A program made the translations under genes and the position numbers. Of a DNA stretch of 64,000 bases, positions 19,691 through 29,136 are shown one piece after another. The stretch's first letter is position 1; each line of letters opens with the position of its first letter. The notes beneath the pieces are model-generated. The model was not told the DNA's origin, made no database searches, and worked only from the letters and a program-made list of their open reading frames with translations. This DNA is from Candidatus Sysuimicrobiota bacterium (GTDB lineage Bacteria > Sysuimicrobiota > Sysuimicrobiia > Sysuimicrobiales > Sysuimicrobiaceae): contig PSLI01000004.1 in the NCBI GenBank assembly GCA_040289515.1, positions 1 to 64,000 of the forward strand. The letters are read 5' to 3'.

Positions 19691-20817
19691 GGCGGTGGGT
19701 CGCGATCCTGTCCGGGACGGCCCTGCTGGTCGCCTGCGGAGCACCCGCCTGCGCCCAGCGGGTGCAACTCATCCGGGTGGGCTTGCTGATGGGCCGGCCG
19801 GAGGTGGTGCTGAGCGCGGACGCGCCCTTGCGGGTGCTGGACGTGCAGCTGGACCGACAGGACCAGCTACCGGTGGGCGCGTGGGCCTTCCGGGCGGTGG
19901 CAGGCGGCATTGAAGTACCCGGGGTGGCCCGCTACGGGCCCATGGTCCGGGTTTCCGCGGAACTGGATCGCCCCGTGCGGGTGGAGGACAAGCTGCGGGC
20001 GTACCGAGGCGTGGTGGAGCTGCGCCGCGGGGAGGCGGGGCTCACGGTGGTCAACGAGGTGGAGCTGGAGGCGTACCTGTACGGGGTCCTGAAGATGGAG
20101 ATCAACCCCGCGTGGCCCGCGGAGGCGGTCAAGGCACAGGCGGTGGCGGCCCGCACCCTGGCGGTGGCCAGCCTGGGGCGGTTCGCCCGGGAGGGCTACG
20201 ACATCCGGGACACCACCGACTTCCAGGTGTACGGGGGCGTGACCTTCGAGGACCCGCGTGCCACCGCGGCGGTGGACGCGACCCGGGGACTGGTGATGAC
20301 CTACCGGGGCCAGCCCATCCTGGCCGTGTACCACGCGGACTCCGGAGGCCGGACGGAGTCCAGCGAGAACGTTTGGGGGCAGGCGTACCCGTACCTCCGC
20401 GGGGTGGAGGACCCCTACAGCGCGGGATCCCCGTACGAGCGCTGGAGCTACTCGGTGTCCGCAAACCAGCTGGAGGAATCCCTCCGGCGCGGCGGGGTGG
20501 CAGTGCGCGGCTTGCGAGCGGTCGAGGTGGCGGAGGTCAGTGAGTCCGGAAGGGCCCTGCGCGTGCGTTTGGTGGGCACGGAGGGTCTGGAGATCTCCGG
20601 CCACCGGCTGCGCATGCTCGTGGGGCCCGACGTGCTCCGCAGCACGCTGTTCTGGGTCCGTACCGAAGGCGGTATGGTAACCTTCGAGGGCCGGGGATGG
20701 GGTCACGGGGTGGGCCTGTCACAGTGGGGCGCGCGGGGGATGGCCCTGAGGGGCTTCGACTTTGTCCGCATCCTTCAGCACTACTACACGGGCGTACAGG
20801 TGGTGCCGGCCCCCTGA
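19687..20817 (+). CDS. SpoIID/LytB-domain peptidoglycan hydrolase
   Basis: VVNEVELEAYLYGVL..E, KAQAVAART, QVYGG, GWGHGVGLSQWGA. Confidence 0.93.
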   Translation: MRRWVAILSGTALLVACGAPACAQRVQLIRVGLLMGRPEVVLSADAPLRVLDVQLDRQDQLPVGAWAFRAVAGGIEVPGVARYGPMVRVSAELDRPVRVEDKLRAYRGVVELRRGEAGLTVVNEVELEAYLYGVLKMEINPAWPAEAVKAQAVAARTLAVASLGRFAREGYDIRDTTDFQVYGGVTFEDPRATAAVDATRGLVMTYRGQPILAVYHADSGGRTESSENVWGQAYPYLRGVEDPYSAGSPYERWSYSVSANQLEESLRRGGVAVRGLRAVEVAEVSESGRALRVRLVGTEGLEISGHRLRMLVGPDVLRSTLFWVRTEGGMVTFEGRGWGHGVGLSQWGARGMALRGFDFVRILQHYYTGVQVVPAP

Positions 20818-20820
20818 GGA

Positions 20821-21336
20821 TCACGACTCCACGCGGACCCAGCCTCGCGTGAGAGGGTCCCACTCCTCCAGGGGGCGGCCCATGTAGTCGCGGCCCTCTA
20901 CCTTGTAGCCCGCAGCCTGCAACCGGCGCTGGGCCTCCCTCCAGTATCGATAGTCCACCTGCCAGTGGCCGCGCCGCAAAGGGTTGGGATAGGCACCCAA
21001 CCCTCCCAGAAGCTTGCGCAGGTTTGCTTCCTCGGAAGGGTCAGCCTGGATCTCCACGCCCTGGTTAACGGTCCCCACCGCCACCAGGTGAGGGTTAGCC
21101 AGCGGGCTGAGGGGGCTGGCACCTGGGTTGTGGCTGGCCACCGGGACTGGCACGCTGGGTGCCTGCGGCGCCGCCTGCGTCTGCCGTGCCCCTGCCGCCA
21201 AGGCGGCGGCCTCCCCCGCTATACCCTCTGCCTTTTTGGCGGCCCAACGGGCCTTGGCCTCCTCGATGAGGCGCTTGCGCTCCGCCTCCTTCTGCGGGTC
21301 CACCACCGGTCGGCGCGGCCGCTCCTGTTCGGCCAC
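20821..21336 (-). CDS. Hypothetical protein (charged helical N-terminus, Ala/Pro linker, small globular C-terminus)
   Basis: GTG after AGGAGG; TATAAT at 21367-21372 (-); protein-like composition; fills the gap between two plus-strand genes. Confidence 0.7.
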   Translation of the reverse strand: MAEQERPRRPVVDPQKEAERKRLIEEAKARWAAKKAEGIAGEAAALAAGARQTQAAPQAPSVPVPVASHNPGASPLSPLANPHLVAVGTVNQGVEIQADPSEEANLRKLLGGLGAYPNPLRRGHWQVDYRYWREAQRRLQAAGYKVEGRDYMGRPLEEWDPLTRGWVRVES

Positions 21337-21412
21337 TGCAACCCTCCTGGGTACGTTCCCAACCGGATTATACGGGAAAGGCGGGGCCTTCGCGGGCATC
21401 TCCGCCCGCGCA

Positions 21413-21421
21413 TGTTATACT
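21413..21421 (+). promoter_or_regulatory. Extended -10 promoter for yajC-gdhA-HD operon
   Basis: TGtTATACT. Confidence 0.55.
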
Positions 21422-21503
21422 GCAGCCGGCCACGCCTCCGGGAGAGGGGTGGCGGGGTGAAGGAATCCGGTCGGGGGCCGATGACAGGGACGAAGGAGGC
21501 GCC

Positions 21504-21848
21504 ATGATCTTCCTGCAGGCCCAGGGTGCGCAGGGACAGACCGGCCTCCTGCCCACCCTGGTGGTGTGGGCGCTGTTGCTGGTGATGTTCTACGTCCTCC
21601 TGATCCGCCCGCAGCAACAACAGCAGAAGCGGCGGAGGGAGATGTTGAGCAAACTGCGCAAGGGCGACCGGGTGGTCACCGTGGGCGGGCTGCACGCCAC
21701 CATCACGGATGTGCAGGACGACGTGCTGACTCTGGAGCTAGCGCCCAACGTCCGGGTGCGGGCGGACCGCACCGCGGTGGCGTCCGTGCGGAGCCGGCGC
21801 CCGGAGGCGGAAGGTAAGGAGCGGGAGGCCAAGGCCAAATCAGGGTAG
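21504..21848 (+). CDS. yajC: Preprotein translocase subunit YajC
   Basis: TM + FYVLLIRPQQ, LRKGDRVVTVGGLH. Confidence 0.95.
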   Translation: MIFLQAQGAQGQTGLLPTLVVWALLLVMFYVLLIRPQQQQQKRRREMLSKLRKGDRVVTVGGLHATITDVQDDVLTLELAPNVRVRADRTAVASVRSRRPEAEGKEREAKAKSG

Positions 21849-21875
21849 AGGACCTGGCGGATTCGGGGGTGCGGG

Positions 21876-23141
21876 ATGTCGGTGGTACTAGAGGCCGAGC
21901 AGGAGAACCCCTTCGAGGCGGTCTGCCGGTGGATCGACCGGGCCTCCGCCCTCCTCGGCTACGATGAGTCCACCAGCAAGCCGTTAAAACACCCGCGGCG
22001 GTGCGTCGTGGTCTCCCTACCCGTGGAGATGGACGACGGGCGGGTGGAGGTCTTCACGGGCTACCGGGTGCAGTACGACACCGCGCGGGGGCCGTGCAAG
22101 GGGGGGGTGCGGTACCACCCCAACGTGAATCTGGATGAGATGAAGGCCCTGGCCGCGTACATGTCCATCAAGTGTGCGGTGGTGGATATCCCCTTCGGGG
22201 GTGGCAAGGGCGGGGTGGCCTGCGACCCTGCGCGCCTGTCGCACCGGGAGCTGGAGCGCATCACGCGCCGGTACACTGCGGAGATCTTTGACATCATCGG
22301 GCCCGATAAGGACATCCCCGCGCCCGACGTGGGCACCAACGCCCAGGTCATGGCGTGGATCATGGACACCATCTCCATGAAGCGGGGCTACCTGGAGCCT
22401 GGTACGGTCACGGGCAAGCCCATTCCCCTGGGCGGCTCCCGGGGTCGGGAAGAGGCCACAGGCCGCGGCATCCTGGTGGTGGCCCGGGAGGCGTTCGCGC
22501 ACCTGGACCTGTCCCTGGAGGGGGCGCGGGTGGTGGTGCAGGGCTTCGGCAACGTGGGCTACCACACCGCGCGCCTGCTGCACGAGGCCGGGGCCCGGGT
22601 GGTGGCGGTGAGCGACGTGCACGGGGGCATCTACCATCCGGACGGCCTCGTGCCCCGGCTGGTGCGGGAACACCTGGATCGGACGGGCAGCGTGGTCGGC
22701 TATCCCGGCAGCCGGACCCTGACCAACGCGGAGCTGTTGGAGCTAGAGTGCGACCTGCTCGTGCCCGCGGCCATCGAGAACCAGATCACCCGCCACAACG
22801 CCCACGCCGTCCGCGCGCGGGTGCTGGTGGAGGGAGCCAACGGGCCCACCACCCCGCAGGCGGACGAGATCCTGCGGCGGCGGGGCGTGTTCGTGGTGCC
22901 CGACGTCCTGGCCAACGCGGGTGGGGTGGTGGTGAGCTACTTCGAGTGGGTGCAGGACCGCTACGGGTACTTCTGGCGGGAAGACCAGGTGCGCAGCCGG
23001 CTAGAAGACAAGATGCGGCAGGCCTTCCGGGACGTGCTGGCGCTGGCAACCCAGCTGGGTGTGGACCTCCGCACGGGTGCTTTCTGCCTGGGAGTTCAGC
23101 GGATCGTGGAGGCCCGCCGGCTGAGGGGTCTGTATGCCTGA
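21876..23141 (+). CDS. gdhA: Glutamate dehydrogenase (Glu/Leu/Phe/Val family)
   Basis: KGGVRYHP, GGGKGG, DIPAPD, QGFGNVG, EGANGP, NAGGVVVSYFEW. Confidence 0.95.
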   Translation: MSVVLEAEQENPFEAVCRWIDRASALLGYDESTSKPLKHPRRCVVVSLPVEMDDGRVEVFTGYRVQYDTARGPCKGGVRYHPNVNLDEMKALAAYMSIKCAVVDIPFGGGKGGVACDPARLSHRELERITRRYTAEIFDIIGPDKDIPAPDVGTNAQVMAWIMDTISMKRGYLEPGTVTGKPIPLGGSRGREEATGRGILVVAREAFAHLDLSLEGARVVVQGFGNVGYHTARLLHEAGARVVAVSDVHGGIYHPDGLVPRLVREHLDRTGSVVGYPGSRTLTNAELLELECDLLVPAAIENQITRHNAHAVRARVLVEGANGPTTPQADEILRRRGVFVVPDVLANAGGVVVSYFEWVQDRYGYFWREDQVRSRLEDKMRQAFRDVLALATQLGVDLRTGAFCLGVQRIVEARRLRGLYA

Positions 23142-23826
23142 ACCCAGCCCCACCCTAGCGCCCGGCCGGGTCACGGTGGAGGTGGTCAAGCAGGACCCCG
23201 AGGTGGCCGCCTACGTGGAGCGGGCCAACGAGTCCCTGGGCGTGCTGGGCTACACCGAGCACGGGGTCCGCCACGCGTCCCTGACCAGCCGCATCGCCTA
23301 CAACATCCTGCGGCGGCTGGGCTACCCCGAGCGGGAGTGCGAGCTGGCCGCCATCGCCGCGTACCTGCACGACATCGGCAACCTCGTGAGCCGCCTCAAC
23401 CACGAGCACACGGGTGCCCTTCTGGCGGGCGCCATTCTGCAGCGGCTGGGCATGGACGCCGCAGAGCGGGCGGTGGTCATGAGCGCCATCGGCAACCACG
23501 AGGAGTCCCACGGGCAGCCCGTCAGTGCGGTGGGGGCCGCGGTGATCCTGGCGGACAAGTCGGACGTGCACCGCAGCCGGGTCCGCAATCCCGATCCCGC
23601 CACCTTTGACATTCACGACCGGGTGAACTACGCGGTGGAGCACTCTTTTTTGCGGGTGGACGAGCGGACCAAGGAGATCACCCTGGAGCTCACCATCAAC
23701 ACGGACAAGGCCCCCGTCATGGAGTACTTCGAGATCTTTCTGTCCCGGATGGTCATGTGTCGGCGGGCCGCGGAGCACCTGGGCTGCGCCTTCAAGCTGC
23801 AGATCAACGGGGTGCGGTTCCTGTAG
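23134..23826 (+). CDS. HD-domain phosphohydrolase
   Basis: TEHG.RH, LHDIGN, IGNHEE, LADKSD. Confidence 0.9.
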   Translation: MPEPSPTLAPGRVTVEVVKQDPEVAAYVERANESLGVLGYTEHGVRHASLTSRIAYNILRRLGYPERECELAAIAAYLHDIGNLVSRLNHEHTGALLAGAILQRLGMDAAERAVVMSAIGNHEESHGQPVSAVGAAVILADKSDVHRSRVRNPDPATFDIHDRVNYAVEHSFLRVDERTKEITLELTINTDKAPVMEYFEIFLSRMVMCRRAAEHLGCAFKLQINGVRFL

Positions 23827-23855
23827 CTGCTGAGGTCTGCGCGGCCGCGGCAGGT

Positions 23856-23884
23856 TTGACGGTCCCCCCGCAGAGGGCTATCCT
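23856..23884 (+). promoter_or_regulatory. sigma70-type promoter of the hem operon
   Basis: TTGACG (23856-23861), 17 bp, TATCCT (23879-23884). Confidence 0.65.
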
Positions 23885-23899
23885 CGACGCGGAGCCGCC

Positions 23900-25198
23900 A
23901 TGATCATCCTCTGCGTGGGCACCAGCCACCGGACGGCACCCGTGGAGGTGCGGGAGCGCGTGGCGTTCCCGGAGAGCCGCCTGGGGGTGGCTTCCGCGCT
24001 CCTCCGGGGCCGCGATGGGCTGCACGAGGCGGTCGTTCTGTCCACCTGTAACCGCACGGAGGCGTACGTGGTGGCTGAGGAGGCTTGCGCGGGAACCCGG
24101 GCGGTCCTGGATTTCTGGGGTGACTACCACGGGCTTCTCCCACAGGAAATGGAGCCATACGTGTACGCCTTGGTGGGTCCGGACGCGGTCCGCCACGTGT
24201 TCCGGGTGGCTGCGGGGCTGGACTCCATGATGGTGGGTGAGGTGCAGATTCTGGGGCAGGTGCGGGAGGCGTTCCGCGCCGCCCGCACCGCGCGGGCCAC
24301 CGGCCCCCTGCTGGACGCCCTGTTCCGGCATGCCATCGCCGCGGGCCGCCGGGTCCGCCAGCAGACGGGAATTGAGCGTGGTTCCCTCTCGGTGCCGCAG
24401 GCTGCGGTGCAGCTCGCTCAGCAGCTGCTGGGGGGGTTGGAGGGTCGGCAGGTGCTGGTCCTGGGCGCCGGGGAGATGGCGGAGCTCACCGTGCGCCACC
24501 TGGTGGAGGCGGGCTGCGGGGGCGTGGTGGTGTGCAACCGCACCCTGGAGCACGCGCGGCCGGTGGCAGAGCGGCTGGGAGGGGTGGCGGTCCGGTTCGA
24601 TGAGCTGAGCTGCTACCTGAGCCGGGTGGACATCGTGGTCACGTCCACCGCGGCGCCGCACCCGGTGGTGGAACCCGAGCTGGTGGTGCAGGCGCTCGCG
24701 GGCCGCCGCGAGCCCCTGGTGTTCGTGGACATCGCGGTCCCCCGGGATGTCCACCCCGCGGTGGGCCAGCTGCCCGGGGTGCGGCTGTTCAACGTGGACG
24801 ACCTGCAGGCCGTAAGCGAGGCCACCCGCCAGGCCCGGCAGGCGGAGGTGATGCAGGCAGAGCGCATCGTGGCGGAGGAAACGGAACGGTTTTTCGGCTG
24901 GCTACGATCCTTGAAGGTGGTCCCCCTCATCACCGCCCTGAGGGCCCGCGCGGAGGCGGTGGCGGAGGAGGAGTGGCGGAGGGCGTTGCCGCGGCTGCAG
25001 GGGCTGACGCACGAGGAGCGGGAGGCGGTGCGGGCCCTAGTGCACGCGGTGGTGAACCGGCTGCTGCACGGGCCCATCGTGCGCCTCAAGGAGATCGCCC
25101 GGCGGGAGGAGCCGGTTTACGTGGAAGCCGCCCGGACCCTGCTGGGGTTCGAGGAGGAGGGGGTCCGGGCTGCCGCGGAATCTGAAGCAGGCCGTTGA
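23900..25198 (+). CDS. hemA: Glutamyl-tRNA reductase
   Basis: LSTCNRTE, GLDSMMVGEVQILGQV, GAGEM, DIAVPRD. Confidence 0.97.
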   Translation: MIILCVGTSHRTAPVEVRERVAFPESRLGVASALLRGRDGLHEAVVLSTCNRTEAYVVAEEACAGTRAVLDFWGDYHGLLPQEMEPYVYALVGPDAVRHVFRVAAGLDSMMVGEVQILGQVREAFRAARTARATGPLLDALFRHAIAAGRRVRQQTGIERGSLSVPQAAVQLAQQLLGGLEGRQVLVLGAGEMAELTVRHLVEAGCGGVVVCNRTLEHARPVAERLGGVAVRFDELSCYLSRVDIVVTSTAAPHPVVEPELVVQALAGRREPLVFVDIAVPRDVHPAVGQLPGVRLFNVDDLQAVSEATRQARQAEVMQAERIVAEETERFFGWLRSLKVVPLITALRARAEAVAEEEWRRALPRLQGLTHEEREAVRALVHAVVNRLLHGPIVRLKEIARREEPVYVEAARTLLGFEEEGVRAAAESEAGR

Positions 25199-26118
25199 CC
25201 CTGCGCGTTGGCACCCGAGCGAGCTCCCTCAGCCGCCTCCAGACGGACTGGGTCCTCAAGCAGCTACGATCCCTGGACCCGCGCGTGCGGTTCTCCGTGC
25301 TGCCCGTGCGCACCGCAGGAGACCGATCCGCTCGGCCCATCCCCGAGCTGGGCGGTGCCGGATGGTTCACGAAGGAGCTGGAACGCGCCCTGCTGGACGG
25401 CGTGGTGGACCTGGTGGTGCACAGCCTGAAAGACTTGCCCACGGAGCCTACACCCGGGCTGGTGGTAGCCGCCGTGCCGCCCCGGGAGGACCCCAGGGAT
25501 GCCCTGGTGGGTGCGTGGCCCAGCCTGGACGACCTGCCGGCGCAATCCCGTGTGGGGACCTCAAGCCCCCGGCGGAAGGCGCAGCTGCTGGCGTACCGCC
25601 ACGACGTACAGGTCGTTCCCCTGCGCGGCAACGTGGACACCCGGTTGCGGAAGGTGGCTTTTGGGGAACCGAGCGCCGCGGTGCTGGCCGCCGCGGGCCT
25701 AGTGCGGGGCGGCTGGCAGGATCACATCCGTCAGCTCCTGGACCCGGACGTGATCCTGCCGGCACCCGGACAGGGGGCGCTGGCCGTCCAGGTGCGGGAG
25801 GCAGACCGGGCGCTGGTTGACCTCGTGGCCGGGCTGGACCACCCGCCCACGCACGCCGCCGTGCGGGCGGAGCGGGCATTCCTGAGGGCGTTGGGTGGCG
25901 GGTGCAGCTTGCCCGCGGCTGCCCTGGCGGAATTTCAGGAGGGGCGGCTGCGGCTGCGGGTTCGGGTGCTGTCGGAGGACGGCAGCCGTCAGGTGTCGGT
26001 GCAGCGCGAGGGCTCTTTGGACGAGCCGGAACGGTTGGGACAGCAAGCCGCAGCAGAGGTTCGTCCGTTTTTGGCCCTGGTGGGAGGCACGCGGTGGGTG
26101 CGCAGCGAGCCCCGCTAG
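25195..26118 (+). CDS. hemC: Hydroxymethylbilane synthase
   Basis: GTR.S.L, FTKELE, VHSLKD, GTSS.RR, RGNVDTRL, GGGC. Confidence 0.96.
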   Translation: MTLRVGTRASSLSRLQTDWVLKQLRSLDPRVRFSVLPVRTAGDRSARPIPELGGAGWFTKELERALLDGVVDLVVHSLKDLPTEPTPGLVVAAVPPREDPRDALVGAWPSLDDLPAQSRVGTSSPRRKAQLLAYRHDVQVVPLRGNVDTRLRKVAFGEPSAAVLAAAGLVRGGWQDHIRQLLDPDVILPAPGQGALAVQVREADRALVDLVAGLDHPPTHAAVRAERAFLRALGGGCSLPAAALAEFQEGRLRLRVRVLSEDGSRQVSVQREGSLDEPERLGQQAAAEVRPFLALVGGTRWVRSEPR

Positions 26119-26879
26119 AGGGCCGCACGGTGCTGGTCACCCGACCCCAGGATCAGGCGCAGGGGCTACGGACAGCCCTGCAGGCTCTGGGGGCCACGGT
26201 GCACGCGGTGCCCGTGATCCGGATTCGCGCCCTGGAGGACCCAGGTGCGCTGCGCCGCGCCGCGAGCCAGCTGGGGACCTATCACTGGCTGGTGTTCACC
26301 AGCCGGAACGGTGTCTTTGCCCTCGCGGAGCAGCTGCCTTCCCCGGAGCCGCTGCCCGAGGGCGTGCGGGTGGCGTGCATCGGTCCGGCTACCGCGGAAG
26401 CCGTCCGGCAGCTGGGCTGGCCCGTGCACCTGCAGCCCAGCCAGTACGTGGCAGAGTCCCTGGTGGAGGCCTTCCAGGAGGTGGGGATGGGTGGCCGCCG
26501 GGTTCTCCTGGTTCGCGCACAGGAGGCGCGGGGCGCCCTACCCGAGGGCCTGCGCCGCCTGGGAGCCCAGGTGGAGGTGGTCTGCGCGTACCGCACGGAG
26601 CCTGCGTACAATGAAGCGGGGCGCCTACAGGAGGTGCTGCGGCAGGGTGTGGACGTGACTACTTTCTGCAGCCCTTCCGCGGTGCGGGCCGCGGTGCAGC
26701 TGTGCGGGGGGGCAACGCTGCTCCTTGAGGCTGTGCCCGCGGTGTGCATCGGTCCGGTGACCGCCTCCGCCGCGCTTCGGGCGGGACTCCGGGTTGCGGC
26801 GGTAGCGCACCCGCACACCCAGGAGGGGCTCGTGGAGGCGGTGGTACGTTTCGTGCGGGGACAAGGGGGGCAACCGTGA
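26094..26879 (+). CDS. hemD: Uroporphyrinogen-III synthase
   Basis: VLVTRP, FTSRNGV, CIGPATA, YRT, CIGPVTA. Confidence 0.93.
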   Translation: MGAQRAPLEGRTVLVTRPQDQAQGLRTALQALGATVHAVPVIRIRALEDPGALRRAASQLGTYHWLVFTSRNGVFALAEQLPSPEPLPEGVRVACIGPATAEAVRQLGWPVHLQPSQYVAESLVEAFQEVGMGGRRVLLVRAQEARGALPEGLRRLGAQVEVVCAYRTEPAYNEAGRLQEVLRQGVDVTTFCSPSAVRAAVQLCGGATLLLEAVPAVCIGPVTASAALRAGLRVAAVAHPHTQEGLVEAVVRFVRGQGGQP

Positions 26880-27856
26880 GCTTTCCCGCATACCGGAGCC
26901 GACGGTTGCGGCGCACGGAGGCACTCCGGCGCCTGTCCCGGGAGGTGGAGCTATCTAGCTCCCACCTCATCGCGCCCCTGTTCGTCAAGGAGGGCATCCC
27001 GAACCCCGTGCCCATCCCCTCCCTGCCGGGTCAGGTGCAGCACACCCTGTCCAGTCTCGTGCAGGAGGTGGGCGAGCTGGTGGAGCTGGGGGTAGGTGCG
27101 GTGATCCTGTTCGGGATCCCTGCCCACAAGGACCCGGTGGGAAGCGGTGCCTGGGACGACCAGGGGATCGTGCAGCGGGCCCTGCGGGCGCTGCGGTCGG
27201 AGTTCCAAGACCGCGTGGTGCTGATGGCGGACCTGTGCCTGTGCGAGTACACCAACCACGGACACTGTGGGGTCCTGGCGGACGGCCCGGAGACGGTGGA
27301 CAACGACCGCACCCTGGAGCTGTACGCCCGCATCGCGACCAGCCAGGCCCGCGCGGGCGCGGACGTCATCGCGCCCAGCGGGGTGATGGACGGCCAGGTG
27401 GCCGCCATCCGCCGGGCCCTCGATGAGACGGGGTTCTCTCAGGTGGCCATCGTAAGCTACGCCGCCAAGTTTGCTTCGGCCTTCTACGGGCCGTTCCGGG
27501 AGGCCGCGGAGTCCGCGCCACGCTTTGGACACCGCCGAGCTTACCAGCTTGAGCCGGTCAACCTGCGGGCGGCGCTGCGCCGGGTGGCGGAGGAGGTGCA
27601 GGAGGGCGCGGACGCCGTGATGGTCAAGCCCGCCCTCCCGTACCTGGACGTGCTGCGGGAGGTGCGTCGACGCTTTTTCGTGCCCGTGGCCGCCTACTGC
27701 GTGAGCGGGGAGTACGCCATGGTGCACGCCGCGGCGCAGCGGGGCTGGCTGGATCTGGAATCTGCCATGATGGAGGTCCTGCTGTCCGTGCGGCGGGCGG
27801 GCGCGGATTGGATCCTCACGTACTTCGCCAAGGACGCGGCGCGGCACCTGCGGTGA
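26876..27856 (+). CDS. hemB: Porphobilinogen synthase
   Basis: RRLR, DLCLCEYTNHGHCG, KFASAFYGPFREA, MVKPA, SGEY. Confidence 0.97.
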   Translation: MSFPAYRSRRLRRTEALRRLSREVELSSSHLIAPLFVKEGIPNPVPIPSLPGQVQHTLSSLVQEVGELVELGVGAVILFGIPAHKDPVGSGAWDDQGIVQRALRALRSEFQDRVVLMADLCLCEYTNHGHCGVLADGPETVDNDRTLELYARIATSQARAGADVIAPSGVMDGQVAAIRRALDETGFSQVAIVSYAAKFASAFYGPFREAAESAPRFGHRRAYQLEPVNLRAALRRVAEEVQEGADAVMVKPALPYLDVLREVRRRFFVPVAAYCVSGEYAMVHAAAQRGWLDLESAMMEVLLSVRRAGADWILTYFAKDAARHLR

Positions 27857-29136
27857 GGCTGTCCTCCGAAGCCTTGTTCCAGCGGGCGCGGCAGGTGATG
27901 CCGGGGGGTGTCAGCAGCCCCGTGCGCGCCTTCCGCGCGGTAGGGGGCACGCCGCCGTTTTCGGTGCGAGGGATGGGCGCGTATGTGGTGGACGTGGAGG
28001 GCCGCCGCTACGTGGACTGCGTGGGCTCGTGGGGTGCGCTGATCTTGGGCCACGCCCACCCCGCGGTGGTGCAGGCCGCGCAGGCGGCGGTGGCGGACGG
28101 CAGTAGCTTCGGGGCACCCACCCCGTGGGAGGTAGAGTTCTGTGAGCGCCTGTGCCGGGCCATCCCGGGCATGGAGCGGGTGCGGCTCGTGAACTCGGGT
28201 ACCGAGGCGGTGATGAGCGCCGTGCGGGTGGCTCGCGCGGCCACGGGCCGTGAGGGGATCGTGAAGTTCGACGGGGGCTACCACGGGCACACAGACGCCC
28301 TCCTGGTGCAGGCGGGCTCCGGGGCGGCCACGTTCGGCGTGCCCGACAGCGCGGGCGTACCCGCCTCCGCGGTGCGGGCCTCCTTCTCCCTGCCGTGCAA
28401 CGACCTGGAGGCGGCCCAGGCCCTGTTCCGGCATCGGGGCCACGAGATCGCGGCGGTCCTGGTGGAGCCCGTGGCGGGCAACATGGGGACGGTGGCCCCT
28501 CGGCCCGAGTTTCTGCAGGGGCTGCGCGCGCTCATCCAAGAGTACGGTGCGCTGCTGGTGCTGGAGGAGGTCATCACAGGCTTCCGCCTGCGCTCCGGGG
28601 CGGCGCAGGACCTGTTTGGCGTGCGGGCCGACCTTGCGTGCTTGGGCAAGGTCATCGGCGGTGGGTTTCCCCTGGCCGCGTACGGGGGCAGGGCGGACCT
28701 CATGGGCTTGGTGGCCCCGGAGGGCCCCGTGTACCAGGCCGGAACCCTGTCGGGCAACCCTGTGGCCGTGCGGGCGGGCCTGGCCACCCTCCAGCAGCTG
28801 GAAGACGGAGGGGTGTACGGGCGGTTGGAGCAGCATGGTCGGATGCTGGAGGAGGGGCTGCAGGAGGCCGCCCGCAGGGCGGCTGTAGCCGTGCAGGTGA
28901 ACCGCGTGGGCTCCATGCTGACGGTGTTTTTCTGCGCGCACCCGGTGGTGGACTTCGCCACGGCCCGGAAGTCCGACGGGGCCCGGTTCGCCCGCTTCTT
29001 CCACGCCATGCTGGAACGGGGGGTGTACCTGCCCCCCTCACCCTTCGAGTCGTGGTTCTTGTCCGCGGTCCACGGGACCCGGGAGGTGGCCCACATCCTG
29101 GCGGCCTCGCAGGAGGCGTTCCGGGAGGCGGCATGA
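27853..29136 (+). CDS. hemL: Glutamate-1-semialdehyde 2,1-aminomutase
   Basis: PGGVSSPVRAF, NSGTEA, YHGH.D, GKVIGGG, QAGTLSGNP. Confidence 0.96.
   Translation: MRLSSEALFQRARQVMPGGVSSPVRAFRAVGGTPPFSVRGMGAYVVDVEGRRYVDCVGSWGALILGHAHPAVVQAAQAAVADGSSFGAPTPWEVEFCERLCRAIPGMERVRLVNSGTEAVMSAVRVARAATGREGIVKFDGGYHGHTDALLVQAGSGAATFGVPDSAGVPASAVRASFSLPCNDLEAAQALFRHRGHEIAAVLVEPVAGNMGTVAPRPEFLQGLRALIQEYGALLVLEEVITGFRLRSGAAQDLFGVRADLACLGKVIGGGFPLAAYGGRADLMGLVAPEGPVYQAGTLSGNPVAVRAGLATLQQLEDGGVYGRLEQHGRMLEEGLQEAARRAAVAVQVNRVGSMLTVFFCAHPVVDFATARKSDGARFARFFHAMLERGVYLPPSPFESWFLSAVHGTREVAHILAASQEAFREAA

Noticed and set aside
19687..20817. SpoIID as evidence of sporulation
   Set aside because: SpoIID/LytB domains are widespread in non-sporulating bacteria; no other spo genes here
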